This document shows, one piece after another, positions 1-9,884 of a stretch of 64,000 nt of DNA. The notes under the pieces are model-generated. The model worked only from the letters and a program-made list of their open reading frames with translations. It ran no database searches and was not told the origin of the DNA. The stretch is taken from the NCBI RefSeq assembly GCF_001750685.1, contig NZ_CP017269.1, positions 1,465,416 to 1,529,415 on the forward strand, written 5' to 3'. The DNA comes from Geosporobacter ferrireducens (lineage in GTDB: Bacteria; Bacillota; Clostridia; Peptostreptococcales; Thermotaleaceae). A program made the position numbers and the translations under genes. Position 1 is the first letter of the stretch. Each line of letters begins with the position of its first letter.

Positions 1-386
1 GCACCGTGGGCCAGGGCCGGCATAGTAAGGGTTAATGTGGTGATACCAGGAGTTATCCCCATAAGCATATAAGATGGAATCGCAGCAGGAATCATTTCTG
101 TATAAATGAAAAAGTAGGCAATTAAAAAGCAGAAATAGAAAACAAATATGCCGTAGGCAACATAGATTTGCAGTTCTTTTTTTTGTTTCCATCGCAAAAT
201 TCCATAAAGGGTAAACCCTAAGCAAACAATCCCCAGCAAGCTCCCAAATACAGTCCAATGAAAAACTTGTTTTTCTGTAAATTCTGTATGTAAGAACCAA
301 AATATCCTTGCAAATATCCCCATCATTAACAACTGTGGAAGGGTTACCGTAAATAGGATAAAAAACGGATTATACAGCTTTTTCAT
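1..386 (-). CDS. polytopic membrane protein, partial (N-terminal part; C-terminus lies beyond window start)
   Basis: Reverse-strand ATG at 384-386 (cat) opens a hydrophobic reading frame MKKLYNPFFILFTVTLPQLLMMGIFARIFWF... that runs off the left edge. It is not in the ORF track because it is truncated. It overlaps the stop of the next gene by about 17 nt. Confidence 0.4.
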   Translation of the reverse strand, partial: MKKLYNPFFILFTVTLPQLLMMGIFARIFWFLHTEFTEKQVFHWTVFGSLLGIVCLGFTLYGILRWKQKKELQIYVAYGIFVFYFCFLIAYFFIYTEMIPAAIPSYMLMGITPGITTLTLTMPALAHG

Positions 387-939
387 ATTTTCCCTCTTTT
401 CTAATCAACTTTTCAAAAAGAACATAAATAATACATAGATAGATCCAGTAAAATAGTACCCCTATAGATTGATGGAGGAATCTTTCTGAAGTGGTACTTT
501 CAACAATAGCCAAATTCAAAATTCCTATAGCTGTAATAATTCTGGATGCATTGGCAAAAATTGTGATCCCATAGGAAAATAAGACAAAACCGAAAGTCAT
601 CATATACTTTTTCCCAATACTTTTCACCCTGGATACAAAGGAAAAACCTAGCATACAATAAACAGCAATCCAAAATCTGATACCAGAACATGCTTGATTG
701 ATCACCACATTTCCTTGTTGGCTCACAAATCCAAGATCCTGATCATAATAAAATCTAATTCCCAAAGCTTTTTCCACCAAAAATGCAACAGGTTTGATAA
801 TAAACAGCAAATCTTCTACAGACCCGTACCGGTAAAGCAAGTATAATCTAAAAGCAGCCCCAATCATACACAGATATAATACGACTAATGCTAACAGCCT
901 AGCTTTCTGTCTCTCCATCCTGTTCATTATCCCCCTCAC
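370..939 (-). CDS. polytopic membrane protein, possibly exosortase/archaeosortase-family (conserved Cys in ...NQACSGIRFW...)
   Basis: 189-aa ORF with several predicted TM helices. The ACSG-type cysteine motif plus downstream Arg/Asn-rich loops resemble the exosortase family. Family assignment is from memory only. Confidence 0.4.
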   Translation of the reverse strand: MRGIMNRMERQKARLLALVVLYLCMIGAAFRLYLLYRYGSVEDLLFIIKPVAFLVEKALGIRFYYDQDLGFVSQQGNVVINQACSGIRFWIAVYCMLGFSFVSRVKSIGKKYMMTFGFVLFSYGITIFANASRIITAIGILNLAIVESTTSERFLHQSIGVLFYWIYLCIIYVLFEKLIRKEGKYEKAV

Positions 940-1141
940 TTTCTACATACTCTAAAATATCTCCAGGCTGGCAGCGCAACTCTTTGCATATTGCCTCTAA
1001 AGTAGAGAAGCGAATAGCCTTTGCTTTATTATTTTTTAAAATAGATAAATTTGCAGGGGTAATCCCAATTCTATTGGCCAATTCCATGGCACCTATTTTG
1101 CGTTTGGCCATCATCACATCTAGATTGATAATAATTGCCAT
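899..1141 (-). CDS. XRE-family (Cro/C1-type) helix-turn-helix transcriptional regulator
   Basis: 80-aa ORF MAKRKIGAMELANRIGITPANLSILKNNKAKAIRFSTLEAICKELRCQPGDILEY is a classic HTH_3 fold. It sits immediately downstream of a DUF2975-type membrane gene, a known conserved pair. Confidence 0.8.
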   Translation of the reverse strand: MAIIINLDVMMAKRKIGAMELANRIGITPANLSILKNNKAKAIRFSTLEAICKELRCQPGDILEYVESEGDNEQDGETES

Positions 1142-1154
1142 GATACCCCTCCTT

Positions 1155-1625
1155 CTATATGGTATAGTCGTTCTCTACTTTTACTTCTACGGCTTTCCGA
1201 AAAACCTCTGCTAAAATAATTGAAAAAAATCCGGCAATCACAAAGATCATCAAAATAATAATGGTGAAAAAAGAATTTAGGAAGAATATTTTGGTTCCAT
1301 AACAAAACGCAATGGCAAAGGAAAATATGCCCATGTGCTTCAAACTCTTTACATTCTCTATGATGAAGGGATCTTTTCCATTTAATGTGTTAAATATCCT
1401 TCGGATTTCTCTTACAATGCCCAGGGCTAATATACCTGTAATTGCTAATAATCCAAGTAGAAAATAGTACATCCTTTCGTCCCTGCTGCCATGGACATGA
1501 GCCAGATACCATCGTACAGAGACAGGCAGTGAGAGCAGTATTCCAATCCCGCTAAGAAAGATTAAATCCAGTAAAATCTTTACAGCCGATGCCAGTGATT
1601 TCTCACCGATTATTTTCATTTTCAT
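1155..1625 (-). CDS. DUF2975-family membrane protein
   Basis: 156 aa, 4 TM segments, motif NGKDPFIIENVKSLKHMG typical of DUF2975. Paired with the XRE regulator. Confidence 0.65.
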   Translation of the reverse strand: MKMKIIGEKSLASAVKILLDLIFLSGIGILLSLPVSVRWYLAHVHGSRDERMYYFLLGLLAITGILALGIVREIRRIFNTLNGKDPFIIENVKSLKHMGIFSFAIAFCYGTKIFFLNSFFTIIILMIFVIAGFFSIILAEVFRKAVEVKVENDYTI

Positions 1626-1687
1626 AACTCCTTTCTATGACCCTCCGAATATATATCTGAATCTATCTTATACGATTTAATCTAATT

Positions 1688-1729
1688 TTTCAATAATTTT
1701 TTATCGTTTTTCAATAATTTTTTATTTCT
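1688..1729. repeat. tandem direct repeat (2 x ~21 bp: tttttcaataattttttatcg / tttttcaataattttttattt)
   Basis: Seen directly in the sequence, between the IS110 transposase 3' end and the DUF2975 gene start. Confidence 0.6.
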
Positions 1730-1879
1730 TATCAATATCAATCCAGACCAGCTAACTGATGTCAAGAGTAAATTTTAAATAACGATTTACTGATAAGGGG
1801 CATAGGAATCAGCCCTTTTATTCTGCCGAACTTTTTAAAAGAGCTAAAGTAAAATATTCAGTTTAGCTAATACATTTCT

Positions 1880-3148
1880 CTAGGCTACTATCTTCACATT
1901 AGACCGATGCATTTTCACTTGCTCTTCAGGCGTGATTAAGACAAATGGATTCTCATTTTTAAGTACAGAAAATATGATCCTTACGAGTTTGTTCATCACT
2001 GCTCCTAAAGCTTGTTTTTTAGCTTTGATCTGTATCTTTTTGTGATAGTAGTCATAAATAACTTTGTTGACGTACTGCCCGTTAGGGTTTTGTCTAATGG
2101 CTACTGTGGCTGCAATATAGAGTGCCTTGCGAATAAATCTAGATCCTCCCTTTGTAAATTTATTCTTTGTCCCAATGAAGTTACCTGATTGTTTAACGGA
2201 TGGGTCAATGCCACAATAGGCTACAAGCTGCTTAGAACTTTGAAACCTTGCAATGCTTCCAATCTCTCCAGCTATGATAGGAGCTAGATTTTTACCTATA
2301 CCAGGAATACTACGAAGTAGCTGAATTGCAGGTATGTTGATTGCTAAAGCCTCTATCTTTTTATCTATCAAATCAAGTTGTTCATTAATATGCTTTAAAT
2401 GATTTGCATAGACAATGATGATTTGTTCATAGGCAGTTAATAGAATTCCAGTCTCCTTCCCTTCCTGTGCACTCTTCAGAATGAGTTCATATTTTTTCGT
2501 AGCATAGGCCATAGATGTTCTCGAGGTAGTTCTGACGATTTGAACAATATCATCTTTGGTTCCTTCTAGAAAAGATGTTGGAGACGGATAACGAACTAAT
2601 AATTCTAGGGATGTTTTACAGGAAATACTTTTAAAAACCTTTGTAAATCCGGGCATAACCTGTTCGATAGCAGCTTTTAACTGATTCATTACACTAACTC
2701 TTTGCTCTGAAAGATGATAATGGGTACGGGTTAATATCTTTAGGTTCTCAAGGTACTCATCCTGCATTTGATGTTCTTTTAAGTTCATAAAGAAGTACAT
2801 CTTTGCAAGTTCCTCAGCGTCTACCTTATCTGTTTTGACTTTCCTAACCGTGGAATTTTTGATAGAATGAGATAGGAGAGGGTTAATTAAATATACCTTC
2901 AAGTTATGGCGTGTGAAGAAGTGGACGAGGCGATTTGAATAGTGACCAGTGGATTCTAAGACGATTACTGGTTTCCTATTAAAGGCTTTCTCCACTTTTT
3001 CTATTTGGTTGATGACTGAAGCTAGTCCTTCTCCTGTGTTTAAAGCCTTAAATGGTTTGAGATAAGTTTCACCTGTTGGAGAAAGCGCAGCATAGTAGCA
3101 AAAGTCTTTTGCCACATCAGCCCCTATTACTGGAAATTCTCCTTTCAT
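1880..3148 (-). CDS. IS110-family transposase (DEDD_Tnp_IS110 N-domain + Transposase_20 C-domain)
   Basis: N-terminus MKGEFPVIGADVAKDFCYYAAL matches the VGIDVSK-type DEDD motif. C-terminus LLRSIPGIGKNLAPIIAGEIGSIARFQSSKQLVAYCGIDPSVKQSG matches the Transposase_20 signature. The track ORF extends to 3193; the likely true start is the MKGEF ATG at 3146-3148. Confidence 0.85.
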   Translation of the reverse strand: MKGEFPVIGADVAKDFCYYAALSPTGETYLKPFKALNTGEGLASVINQIEKVEKAFNRKPVIVLESTGHYSNRLVHFFTRHNLKVYLINPLLSHSIKNSTVRKVKTDKVDAEELAKMYFFMNLKEHQMQDEYLENLKILTRTHYHLSEQRVSVMNQLKAAIEQVMPGFTKVFKSISCKTSLELLVRYPSPTSFLEGTKDDIVQIVRTTSRTSMAYATKKYELILKSAQEGKETGILLTAYEQIIIVYANHLKHINEQLDLIDKKIEALAINIPAIQLLRSIPGIGKNLAPIIAGEIGSIARFQSSKQLVAYCGIDPSVKQSGNFIGTKNKFTKGGSRFIRKALYIAATVAIRQNPNGQYVNKVIYDYYHKKIQIKAKKQALGAVMNKLVRIIFSVLKNENPFVLITPEEQVKMHRSNVKIVA

Positions 3149-3760
3149 ATGAAATTCCTCCTTAGTATAGTTTTGGAGGATTATCCATTCCATTCCCTAG
3201 AGATTACAGCCTTGCGCGTTAAACGGGAATAAGTGATCCCAACCAGCCAAAACGTATATGCTTTTGAAATGGAATAATAGTCTGAATGTCGGGTATAGAA
3301 AATTCTTCCCTGGGACGGTTACATTTATATCCTTCAAAATGCATATACCCTTTTTGATGATTGTTCGGACTTTTAAAATCTTAAAATGAATAATCCTTCT
3401 AACTACATATTACAAGGGATGGTTCTTGAATTAAGGTCAATCTCCCTCAAAACTTGAGCCATAATTAATTATTATATTGAAAAAAACTACCCCTTCTATT
3501 TATAACAAAAGGAGTAGTAATCAGCTTTAATATTTTGGCCTTTTCCGTTTCTATATCAAGAACTCTAACACATAAGATTCCATAAAATAGACACTCTTCC
3601 TTTGTATGTTTTCGCTACTAACCAAAGGAAGAGCCTTTCCAAAACCCTATCCAAAAGTACCGCTACTTGTGGTAAGATTTACCGTATCAATTTTACAATT
3701 ACTAAGTTCCAAACTAAAAAATCTGATTTACTAAACGGATACTCAATGTTATTAATTCAT

Positions 3761-5050
3761 TCAAATTTCTTTAACTCCTAACTTTCTTAACATTCCTTGC
3801 AATTCCTGAATATCTACATTTTTTACGCTGCTATTGTTTTTAATCGCCAGAGATGCTGCTGCTCCTGCTGCTGTTGCAATATTCATAATCGAACCTAAAG
3901 CCCTAAATGCTCCAAAAGCTACATCATCTGCTGCTATACATTTACCATTGGCTATTACATTATCTAACGTTTTGGTTAGCATACTTCTATACGGTATTTT
4001 ATATATCCCATTACCGCCAATCTTTATAAATTCAACACTGGAGTTTTTGTTTGTCCTCACATGCAGATCTACAGGATAGACACCTACAGCAACCGAATCC
4101 TTAAAAGTTTTACAGGCTATGAGATCATCTCCTGTTAATTCATACATACCATCTATTCTTCTTCTGTCTCTAACTCCAATTGACGATGCTATACCACTTA
4201 AATAAGCGTTCTTACATCCTCTCACATTTTCTTTAATGAACGGAATAATCCTGTTGATTTGCTGACGCAATTCGATCAATGCCATTGAAATATCTTCTAT
4301 GGACTCATGGTCAATATTCTCACACCTCGTACAATTTATAACAATATCATTTGTACCCGGAACCCTTAGCATGCTCATAATATTACTAGGTAAAATAGAG
4401 CTTGTAGTACCTTTTAATATTATATCCTGTATTTCATCTGTTTTGAGTTTATTAAACTCAACGATATTAACTCCGCCCATCTTAAATATTTCAGTTACAG
4501 CTTGTTTCTTATCTTTACAGGTTGATACTGTTTTCTCTCTAAGCATATAAATACATTCTGAATTACCCGTGGAATCAATTAGTACTCGTCCATCTATAAT
4601 CAAATCTTCATATAAATTTGTCAGCGTAATTTGGATATTATTATTACTATTTTCAATTGTTTTTATATTACTACAGAAGAATAATTGAATATTTTCCTTA
4701 GCAACCATTTCATCTAATACAATTTTCAAGTATTCGCTGTTGTATCTAACTCTATCAACCTGTATTGCAGGGTTCGATGTCATTGGTATATTGTCCTCAA
4801 ATAATGCTGCTTCTCTTTTTGCAAGATTATTTATGATTTCTTCTCCAATAGAAGAAACCACTATCTCACCATTCAAATAGGCTCCATTTATTTCTCCGAG
4901 CATACTAGCAGTGGCAATGCCGCCTAAACAACTTCCTTTCTCAATCAAAATAACTTTATATCCATTTCTAGCTGCAATAATTGCGCTAATTACTCCTGCC
5001 AATCCTCCTCCGACAACAATTACATCTGCAGCATATTTCTTATTTGGCAT
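3761..5050 (-). CDS. FAD-dependent oxidoreductase (FAD_oxidored/GIDA-like family)
   Basis: N-terminal dinucleotide-binding motif DVIVVGGGLAGVISAIIAARNGYKVILIEKG, a strong GGAGG RBS, and a start codon overlapping the stop of the dctQ-like gene. Confidence 0.75.
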   Translation of the reverse strand: MPNKKYAADVIVVGGGLAGVISAIIAARNGYKVILIEKGSCLGGIATASMLGEINGAYLNGEIVVSSIGEEIINNLAKREAALFEDNIPMTSNPAIQVDRVRYNSEYLKIVLDEMVAKENIQLFFCSNIKTIENSNNNIQITLTNLYEDLIIDGRVLIDSTGNSECIYMLREKTVSTCKDKKQAVTEIFKMGGVNIVEFNKLKTDEIQDIILKGTTSSILPSNIMSMLRVPGTNDIVINCTRCENIDHESIEDISMALIELRQQINRIIPFIKENVRGCKNAYLSGIASSIGVRDRRRIDGMYELTGDDLIACKTFKDSVAVGVYPVDLHVRTNKNSSVEFIKIGGNGIYKIPYRSMLTKTLDNVIANGKCIAADDVAFGAFRALGSIMNIATAAGAAASLAIKNNSSVKNVDIQELQGMLRKLGVKEI

Positions 5051-5633
5051 TTATATGTCCTCCCAATAAGCCCCTCATAATATTCTCTATACAGCACATC
5101 AACATAAAAATGAAACTGATCATCAAAGCAATGGTGTGTGTTGATCTTGAGATTTTCAAAACCACCGTTTTGTAAAACATTTGATTTGGTATTGAAATAT
5201 AACAGCTATATATCAATACTGCAAAAATTAAGAGCATAAATACGTTATTGCCTATATCTATAATTTTTTTTATATTTTCCGATTTATTTCTGACAAACAT
5301 ATCAACAGCTATATGCTTTTTTTCTTTAAAAAGAATAGCTGATCCAAAAATAACAAGCCAAATAAATGATGCACTAGCTAATTCTTCGACTCCAGGAATT
5401 GGACTTTTTAAAAAATATCTGAATATGACTTGAATAGCTAAAATAACTGGTATTATAATTGAGGCTGTATAAACGATAATGTAGAACATTCTGATAATTA
5501 AACTTTGTATCTTTTTATATATTGAATACATTACATTACTCCTTCCACTTGGAACTATCTTGAACTTTGTGTAATTCCCTATCTTAATATAGTGATTAAC
5601 TTCAAAATAGACATTTGCTAAAATCCTGTTCAA
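5040..5633 (-). CDS. dctQ: TRAP transporter small permease (DctQ family)
   Basis: Small 4-TM hydrophobic protein located between the DctP and oxidoreductase genes in the TRAP operon. True start probably an internal Met (MYSIYKK...), giving about 165 aa. Confidence 0.6.
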   Translation of the reverse strand: MNRILANVYFEVNHYIKIGNYTKFKIVPSGRSNVMYSIYKKIQSLIIRMFYIIVYTASIIIPVILAIQVIFRYFLKSPIPGVEELASASFIWLVIFGSAILFKEKKHIAVDMFVRNKSENIKKIIDIGNNVFMLLIFAVLIYSCYISIPNQMFYKTVVLKISRSTHTIALMISFIFMLMCCIENIMRGLLGGHINAK

Positions 5634-5756
5634 TTTTTGTATTAGAAAACAAAATGATTAAAAACTTTACCCATACTCTACACTGATACAATCAAGGGGC
5701 AGACTAACCTAATAGCTTTCTACCCCTTAATAGTAACGAATAAGTATATATATAAA

Positions 5757-6809
5757 CTACTTCAAACTTTGTACGTAATCATATAATCCTTCTGGCCACA
5801 ATCGGTCCTTTTCACTTTTTTCTACTACACTTTCCATTTTAGCTTGAAAAGCAGCAATATCAGGTGTTTTATTGATGGTTACACCTTGGTTCATCATTTC
5901 TTGTACCTTTATATCAGCAGATTCCGAATCGTATTTTGAAAATAGTTTTCCTGTCTCGAAAGCGCTTTCCCTAATAATTGTCTTTTGTTCCTCGGTCAAC
6001 TTGTTATATGACTTTTCATTGATAACCATTACATATGGGCTGTAAATATGATTAGTCATTGTAATATATTTAGCTGCTTCATGGAATTTCATGCCATAGA
6101 TAGAACCTAGCGGCGACTCCAACGCATCAACTGTACCTTGCTGTAATACCATATATGCCTCTCCCCAAGGTACTGAAACAGCGTTAACACCTACACCAGT
6201 CCATGTTTTAAGATACATCTCAATTTCAGGAACCCGCATATTAATGCCCTTCATATCCTCAGGCGTGTTGATTGGTTTTTTAGATATGACGACTCTTGGA
6301 GCAGCTACGCCATTATCTGCTAATACTCTTAATCCCGCCTTATTTACTATATTTGCTTTGAATTCTTCATTTTTACTACTTGTCAAAAACATATTCAGGT
6401 GTTCTTGGTCTCTAAACAAAAATCCCATTGAAAGTATATTCCAGCCTGGCTCAAATTTTGAATACCAATCAATAGCTCTCCATGACATATCTACAGAACC
6501 CGTTTGCAGCAATTCTGTTAAATCATCTCCCGTACCTAATTGTCCTACTGGATAATAATCAATCATCACTTCACCATTCGTTTTTTCTTCTACCATTTTT
6601 TTGAAATCTTGTCCAGATACTTCTCCTGGTGTACCTACCGCACTTTCCACTGCTAGCTTTAGAACAATTGGTTCTTTTTTCCCCGTCTGCTGTGATTTTT
6701 GCTCACTTGGTGATGAGCCAGATGAACTAGCGTTTTGACTACATCCTGCTAACAACACCATGAACATGGCTACTACTAAAACTAAACCTACTACTTTCTT
6801 CATTTTCAT
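5757..6809 (-). CDS. dctP: TRAP transporter substrate-binding lipoprotein (DctP family)
   Basis: Lipoprotein signal ...LLAGCSQN followed by a Ser-rich linker and a DctP-type fold of about 330 aa. Adjacent to the DctM and DctQ genes. Confidence 0.8.
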   Translation of the reverse strand: MKMKKVVGLVLVVAMFMVLLAGCSQNASSSGSSPSEQKSQQTGKKEPIVLKLAVESAVGTPGEVSGQDFKKMVEEKTNGEVMIDYYPVGQLGTGDDLTELLQTGSVDMSWRAIDWYSKFEPGWNILSMGFLFRDQEHLNMFLTSSKNEEFKANIVNKAGLRVLADNGVAAPRVVISKKPINTPEDMKGINMRVPEIEMYLKTWTGVGVNAVSVPWGEAYMVLQQGTVDALESPLGSIYGMKFHEAAKYITMTNHIYSPYVMVINEKSYNKLTEEQKTIIRESAFETGKLFSKYDSESADIKVQEMMNQGVTINKTPDIAAFQAKMESVVEKSEKDRLWPEGLYDYVQSLK

Positions 6810-6818
6810 CTCTCCTTT

Positions 6819-8099
6819 TTACTTAATAATTAAATTGGGTAACCATAAAACCGTTTGATCAAAATAAGTAATAATCAATAGAGATATTAGTAATGGTATC
6901 AGCAATGGAATAACTGATTTAACCATTCTTTCGAATGAAATATTTGCAAGTCCACTGACAATATATAAATTCCAACCTACTGGTGGCGTAAGCAATCCTA
7001 TTGTTAAGTTTAAGGTCATTACAATACCTAAGTGTACTAAATCAATATTATACATGGATGCTAAAACAACAAGCGTAGGTGTAGCAATAAGTATTGAAGA
7101 TGTAATACTCAAGAAACATCCTAAGAAAAGTAAACATATATTTATCAATAGGAGTACAATCCATTTACTTGCACCTAGGGCAAATAAATAATTCCCTACT
7201 AAATCCGGCACTTTTGCAATTGTTATAACCCATCCAAATAATGCTGATGCTATTACTATAAAACAAATCTGAGCTGTTGTATTAAATGCAGCTTTCATGA
7301 TTTCTATAAATTTTGAAAGAGTAAATCGAGTATAGTAATAACAAAGAAAAAGTGAATAAATCACCGCTACTGCGCCTGCTTCTGTCGCAGTTGTTATTCC
7401 TGTGACAATACCTAAAATTATAATTACTGGTGTAATTAAAGGAAAAATTGCTTCTTTGAACGCAACAAATCTGTCTTCCCAACTGTTTTTGCTTCTAGTT
7501 GGAAAATTATATTGTTTTGATGCAATAAATGTGACGTACATCATCATAAGTGTGCACATAATAATACCTGGCATTAATCCACCCAAAAACAATCTAGCTA
7601 CTGATACTTCAGCCACTGTAGCATATACAATTAAAGTTGTACTAGGTGGTACAATAGGCCCAACAGTTGATGATGCAGCTGTTATTGCTGCACTGAATCC
7701 CGTATCATAACCTTCTTCTTCCATGGCTTGCATTTCTATTTTACCTAGACCAGCCGTATCTGCAATAGCAGACCCTGACATTCCTGCAAACAACATACTC
7801 GCTAATATATTGACATGAGCAAGGCCACCTTTAACATGTCCTATGAAGCTTAATGGAAGATTAAATAATCTTCTAGTTATTCCAGCAGAGTTCATAATTT
7901 CCCCTGCCATAACGTATAATGGTAACGCCAAAAGAGAATATGAGCTTACCCCACCTACCACTTTAGTGGCAATATTGGCTAAGCTTAGGGTTGGGTCCAT
8001 TATTATGTACACAATAGAGGCACCAAACATAGTCATAGCTACAGGAACTCCAAGAAGCATTAATGCTATGAAAGTAAATAATAAAGCAATAAGCTCCAT
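6819..8099 (-). CDS. dctM: TRAP transporter large permease (DctM family)
   Basis: 426 aa, about 12 TM helices, typical DctM composition. First gene of an operon in the order M-P-Q-oxidoreductase. Confidence 0.85.
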   Translation of the reverse strand: MELIALLFTFIALMLLGVPVAMTMFGASIVYIIMDPTLSLANIATKVVGGVSSYSLLALPLYVMAGEIMNSAGITRRLFNLPLSFIGHVKGGLAHVNILASMLFAGMSGSAIADTAGLGKIEMQAMEEEGYDTGFSAAITAASSTVGPIVPPSTTLIVYATVAEVSVARLFLGGLMPGIIMCTLMMMYVTFIASKQYNFPTRSKNSWEDRFVAFKEAIFPLITPVIIILGIVTGITTATEAGAVAVIYSLFLCYYYTRFTLSKFIEIMKAAFNTTAQICFIVIASALFGWVITIAKVPDLVGNYLFALGASKWIVLLLINICLLFLGCFLSITSSILIATPTLVVLASMYNIDLVHLGIVMTLNLTIGLLTPPVGWNLYIVSGLANISFERMVKSVIPLLIPLLISLLIITYFDQTVLWLPNLIIK

Positions 8100-8226
8100 T
8101 TTCTCCCTCCTATTTCTTAATAATTTTTTAGTTACTGAATGAAATCGTTCTCCTTTCGTATAATTACAGTCACTTAGTTCATTTTTATTATAAATTTAAT
8201 TTAGCTCATCTATCAATTCAGTTTTT

Positions 8227-8261
8227 CCTGTCATTTATTCACATTCAGAATAAATGACAGG
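8227..8261. promoter_or_regulatory. perfect 14-bp inverted repeat (cctgtcatttattc-N7-gaataaatgacagg) with central ATTC-N7-GAAT (T-N11-A) core; candidate LysR operator in the divergent dctM/lysR promoter region
   Basis: Seen directly. Located in the 550-bp intergenic region between the divergently transcribed TRAP operon and the LysR gene. T-N11-A is the established LysR-box architecture. Confidence 0.45.
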
Positions 8262-8711
8262 AAAATCTTTCTGTTTATATTGATTTTTTATAGAAATAAT
8301 TATATTCTTTAAAAAACAAGATAGTTTTAAGAAATTTTCGAAAACTATGCACAACAAAAAATCTCAGAAAAAAAGAGTATCATCGTATACGAAAAACTGT
8401 AAATTATTAAAATACATACAGTCATCATTTTATGACTCTCAAAATTTCTAAGATTAATGCTTAAAACTATAAGTTAAGAAGGTGCATTTGGAAAGTTTGA
8501 TTAGGATCTGCCATTTGGCAGATATGTTTCGCTCCTTATCTGGGACAGACAGGCGATTAGACAGCAATGGTTTTTTTATAGATGGTCATTTCTCATGTTT
8601 ATATAATTGGAGGTTTATCCGCAATAAGCTTCTTATATTTTAGACTCTGGATTGCTAATCTTTGGGAACGCTAGCGGTGTTAACAATCCCAAAATAAAAG
8701 AGGGTGGATAT

Positions 8712-9626
8712 GTGAATTTTTTACAACTTGAATATTTTATCAGTATTGCCAAAAACAAAAGTTTTACAGAAGCATCTAATGAGGTATTATTATCTCAGTC
8801 TTCATTATCTAAACATATTGCAAAATTGGAAAAAGAGTTAGGTGTTAAACTATTTAATAGAAATACTAGAAACATTTCCCTAACATTAGCAGGCGAAGAG
8901 TTACTACAACATGCTAAAATATTATTAGATGAATATTACAATACTCTACAGAAAGTACAATTGTATAGTAACAGTCACTCAATAAATATCGGTAGTATAG
9001 AACATATGAGTAAAGTAGGACTAACAACCCCAATTGCTTCTTTTTTAGATAAGTTTCCAAGTCTTGATATAAATATCAAACAAGGTGATACTATATGCTT
9101 AATGGATATGCTAATCAGTTGTAAGATTGATATGGCGTTTATCGCTCACATCATATACCCGTTCTTAAATAGTTCAAATATTTCAAATTACTCTTTAGAA
9201 AACTTAAATCTATTTACACTTTTAGAGGATGAATACTATTTAATCGTTAATAAGAATCATAAGCTTGCTTCGAAAACGAAAATAGATTGGGGTGAATTAG
9301 CTAACGAAAAACTTGTTATACTTGACAATGGATACAGCCTAAATACTGTGATAAAAACTACGCTTAAATATTTAAATATTCCCGCTAAAATTGCGTTTGA
9401 ATCGAATCAGGTAGATACAATATTGGGATTAATCAATGAGAATTATGGAGTATCACTGCTATCAAAAAAAGTAGCTACGGGAAACGATAATTTAGCAACG
9501 CTAAGGATAAATAATCCCATTAGAAGAAACACTGCTATTGTCACGCATAAGGATGTTCGTTCGAGTACTATTCAAAAATTTATTGAACATATTTTATCTT
9601 ATTATAATAATCTAGAAACGTTATAG
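8712..9626 (+). CDS. LysR-family transcriptional regulator
   Basis: N-terminal HTH FLQLEYFISIAKNKSFTEASNEVLLSQSSLSKHIAKLEKELGVKLFNR plus a LysR substrate-binding domain. Probable GTG start at 8712 with AAAGAGGGTGG RBS. Divergent from the TRAP operon. Confidence 0.8.
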   Translation: MNFLQLEYFISIAKNKSFTEASNEVLLSQSSLSKHIAKLEKELGVKLFNRNTRNISLTLAGEELLQHAKILLDEYYNTLQKVQLYSNSHSINIGSIEHMSKVGLTTPIASFLDKFPSLDINIKQGDTICLMDMLISCKIDMAFIAHIIYPFLNSSNISNYSLENLNLFTLLEDEYYLIVNKNHKLASKTKIDWGELANEKLVILDNGYSLNTVIKTTLKYLNIPAKIAFESNQVDTILGLINENYGVSLLSKKVATGNDNLATLRINNPIRRNTAIVTHKDVRSSTIQKFIEHILSYYNNLETL

Positions 9627-9803
9627 ATTACCGAAAAGTAGATTGGTAAAGTGGCTTCCCTGGTCGCTATTTGTAATCTCTGGTTTTCTTGTAGATAATG
9701 CTCTTTTTAAGCAATCCGTTACAAAGTTTTTTTCTAATGAACTGGATAACTCGTCATCTACAATGCATCTGCTGTACCAAGCAATTATGACAAATAAATA
9801 CAT
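9621..9803 (-). pseudogene. remnant of IS3-family transposase (OrfB integrase core fragment)
   Basis: 60-aa ORF ...IIAWYSRCIVDDELSSSLEKNFVTDCLKRALSTRKPEITNSDQGSHFTN matches the IS3 OrfB segment ending in the HSDQGSQYTS DDE motif. Only about 180 nt survives. Confidence 0.55.
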
Positions 9804-9884
9804 AAAACTCTTATATATACTTCTTCAACTACTCCGAGTAAACTTTAGACTATATAAAAACAATGCTGCTGCAAAGGCTGACAC

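Larger units (their letters stand above)
1650..3560 (-). mobile_element. IS110-family insertion sequence (approximate boundaries; family has no terminal inverted repeats)
   Basis: A single transposase gene with 250-570 bp of non-coding flank on each side. It sits between a DUF2975 gene and an FAD-oxidoreductase gene. Ends cannot be fixed without a second copy or an empty site. Confidence 0.4.

Noticed and set aside
8227-8261. Calling the 14-bp inverted repeat a rho-independent terminator
   Set aside because: It is in a divergent promoter region with no upstream gene reading into it on either strand, and there is no adjacent T-tract. An operator is more plausible.
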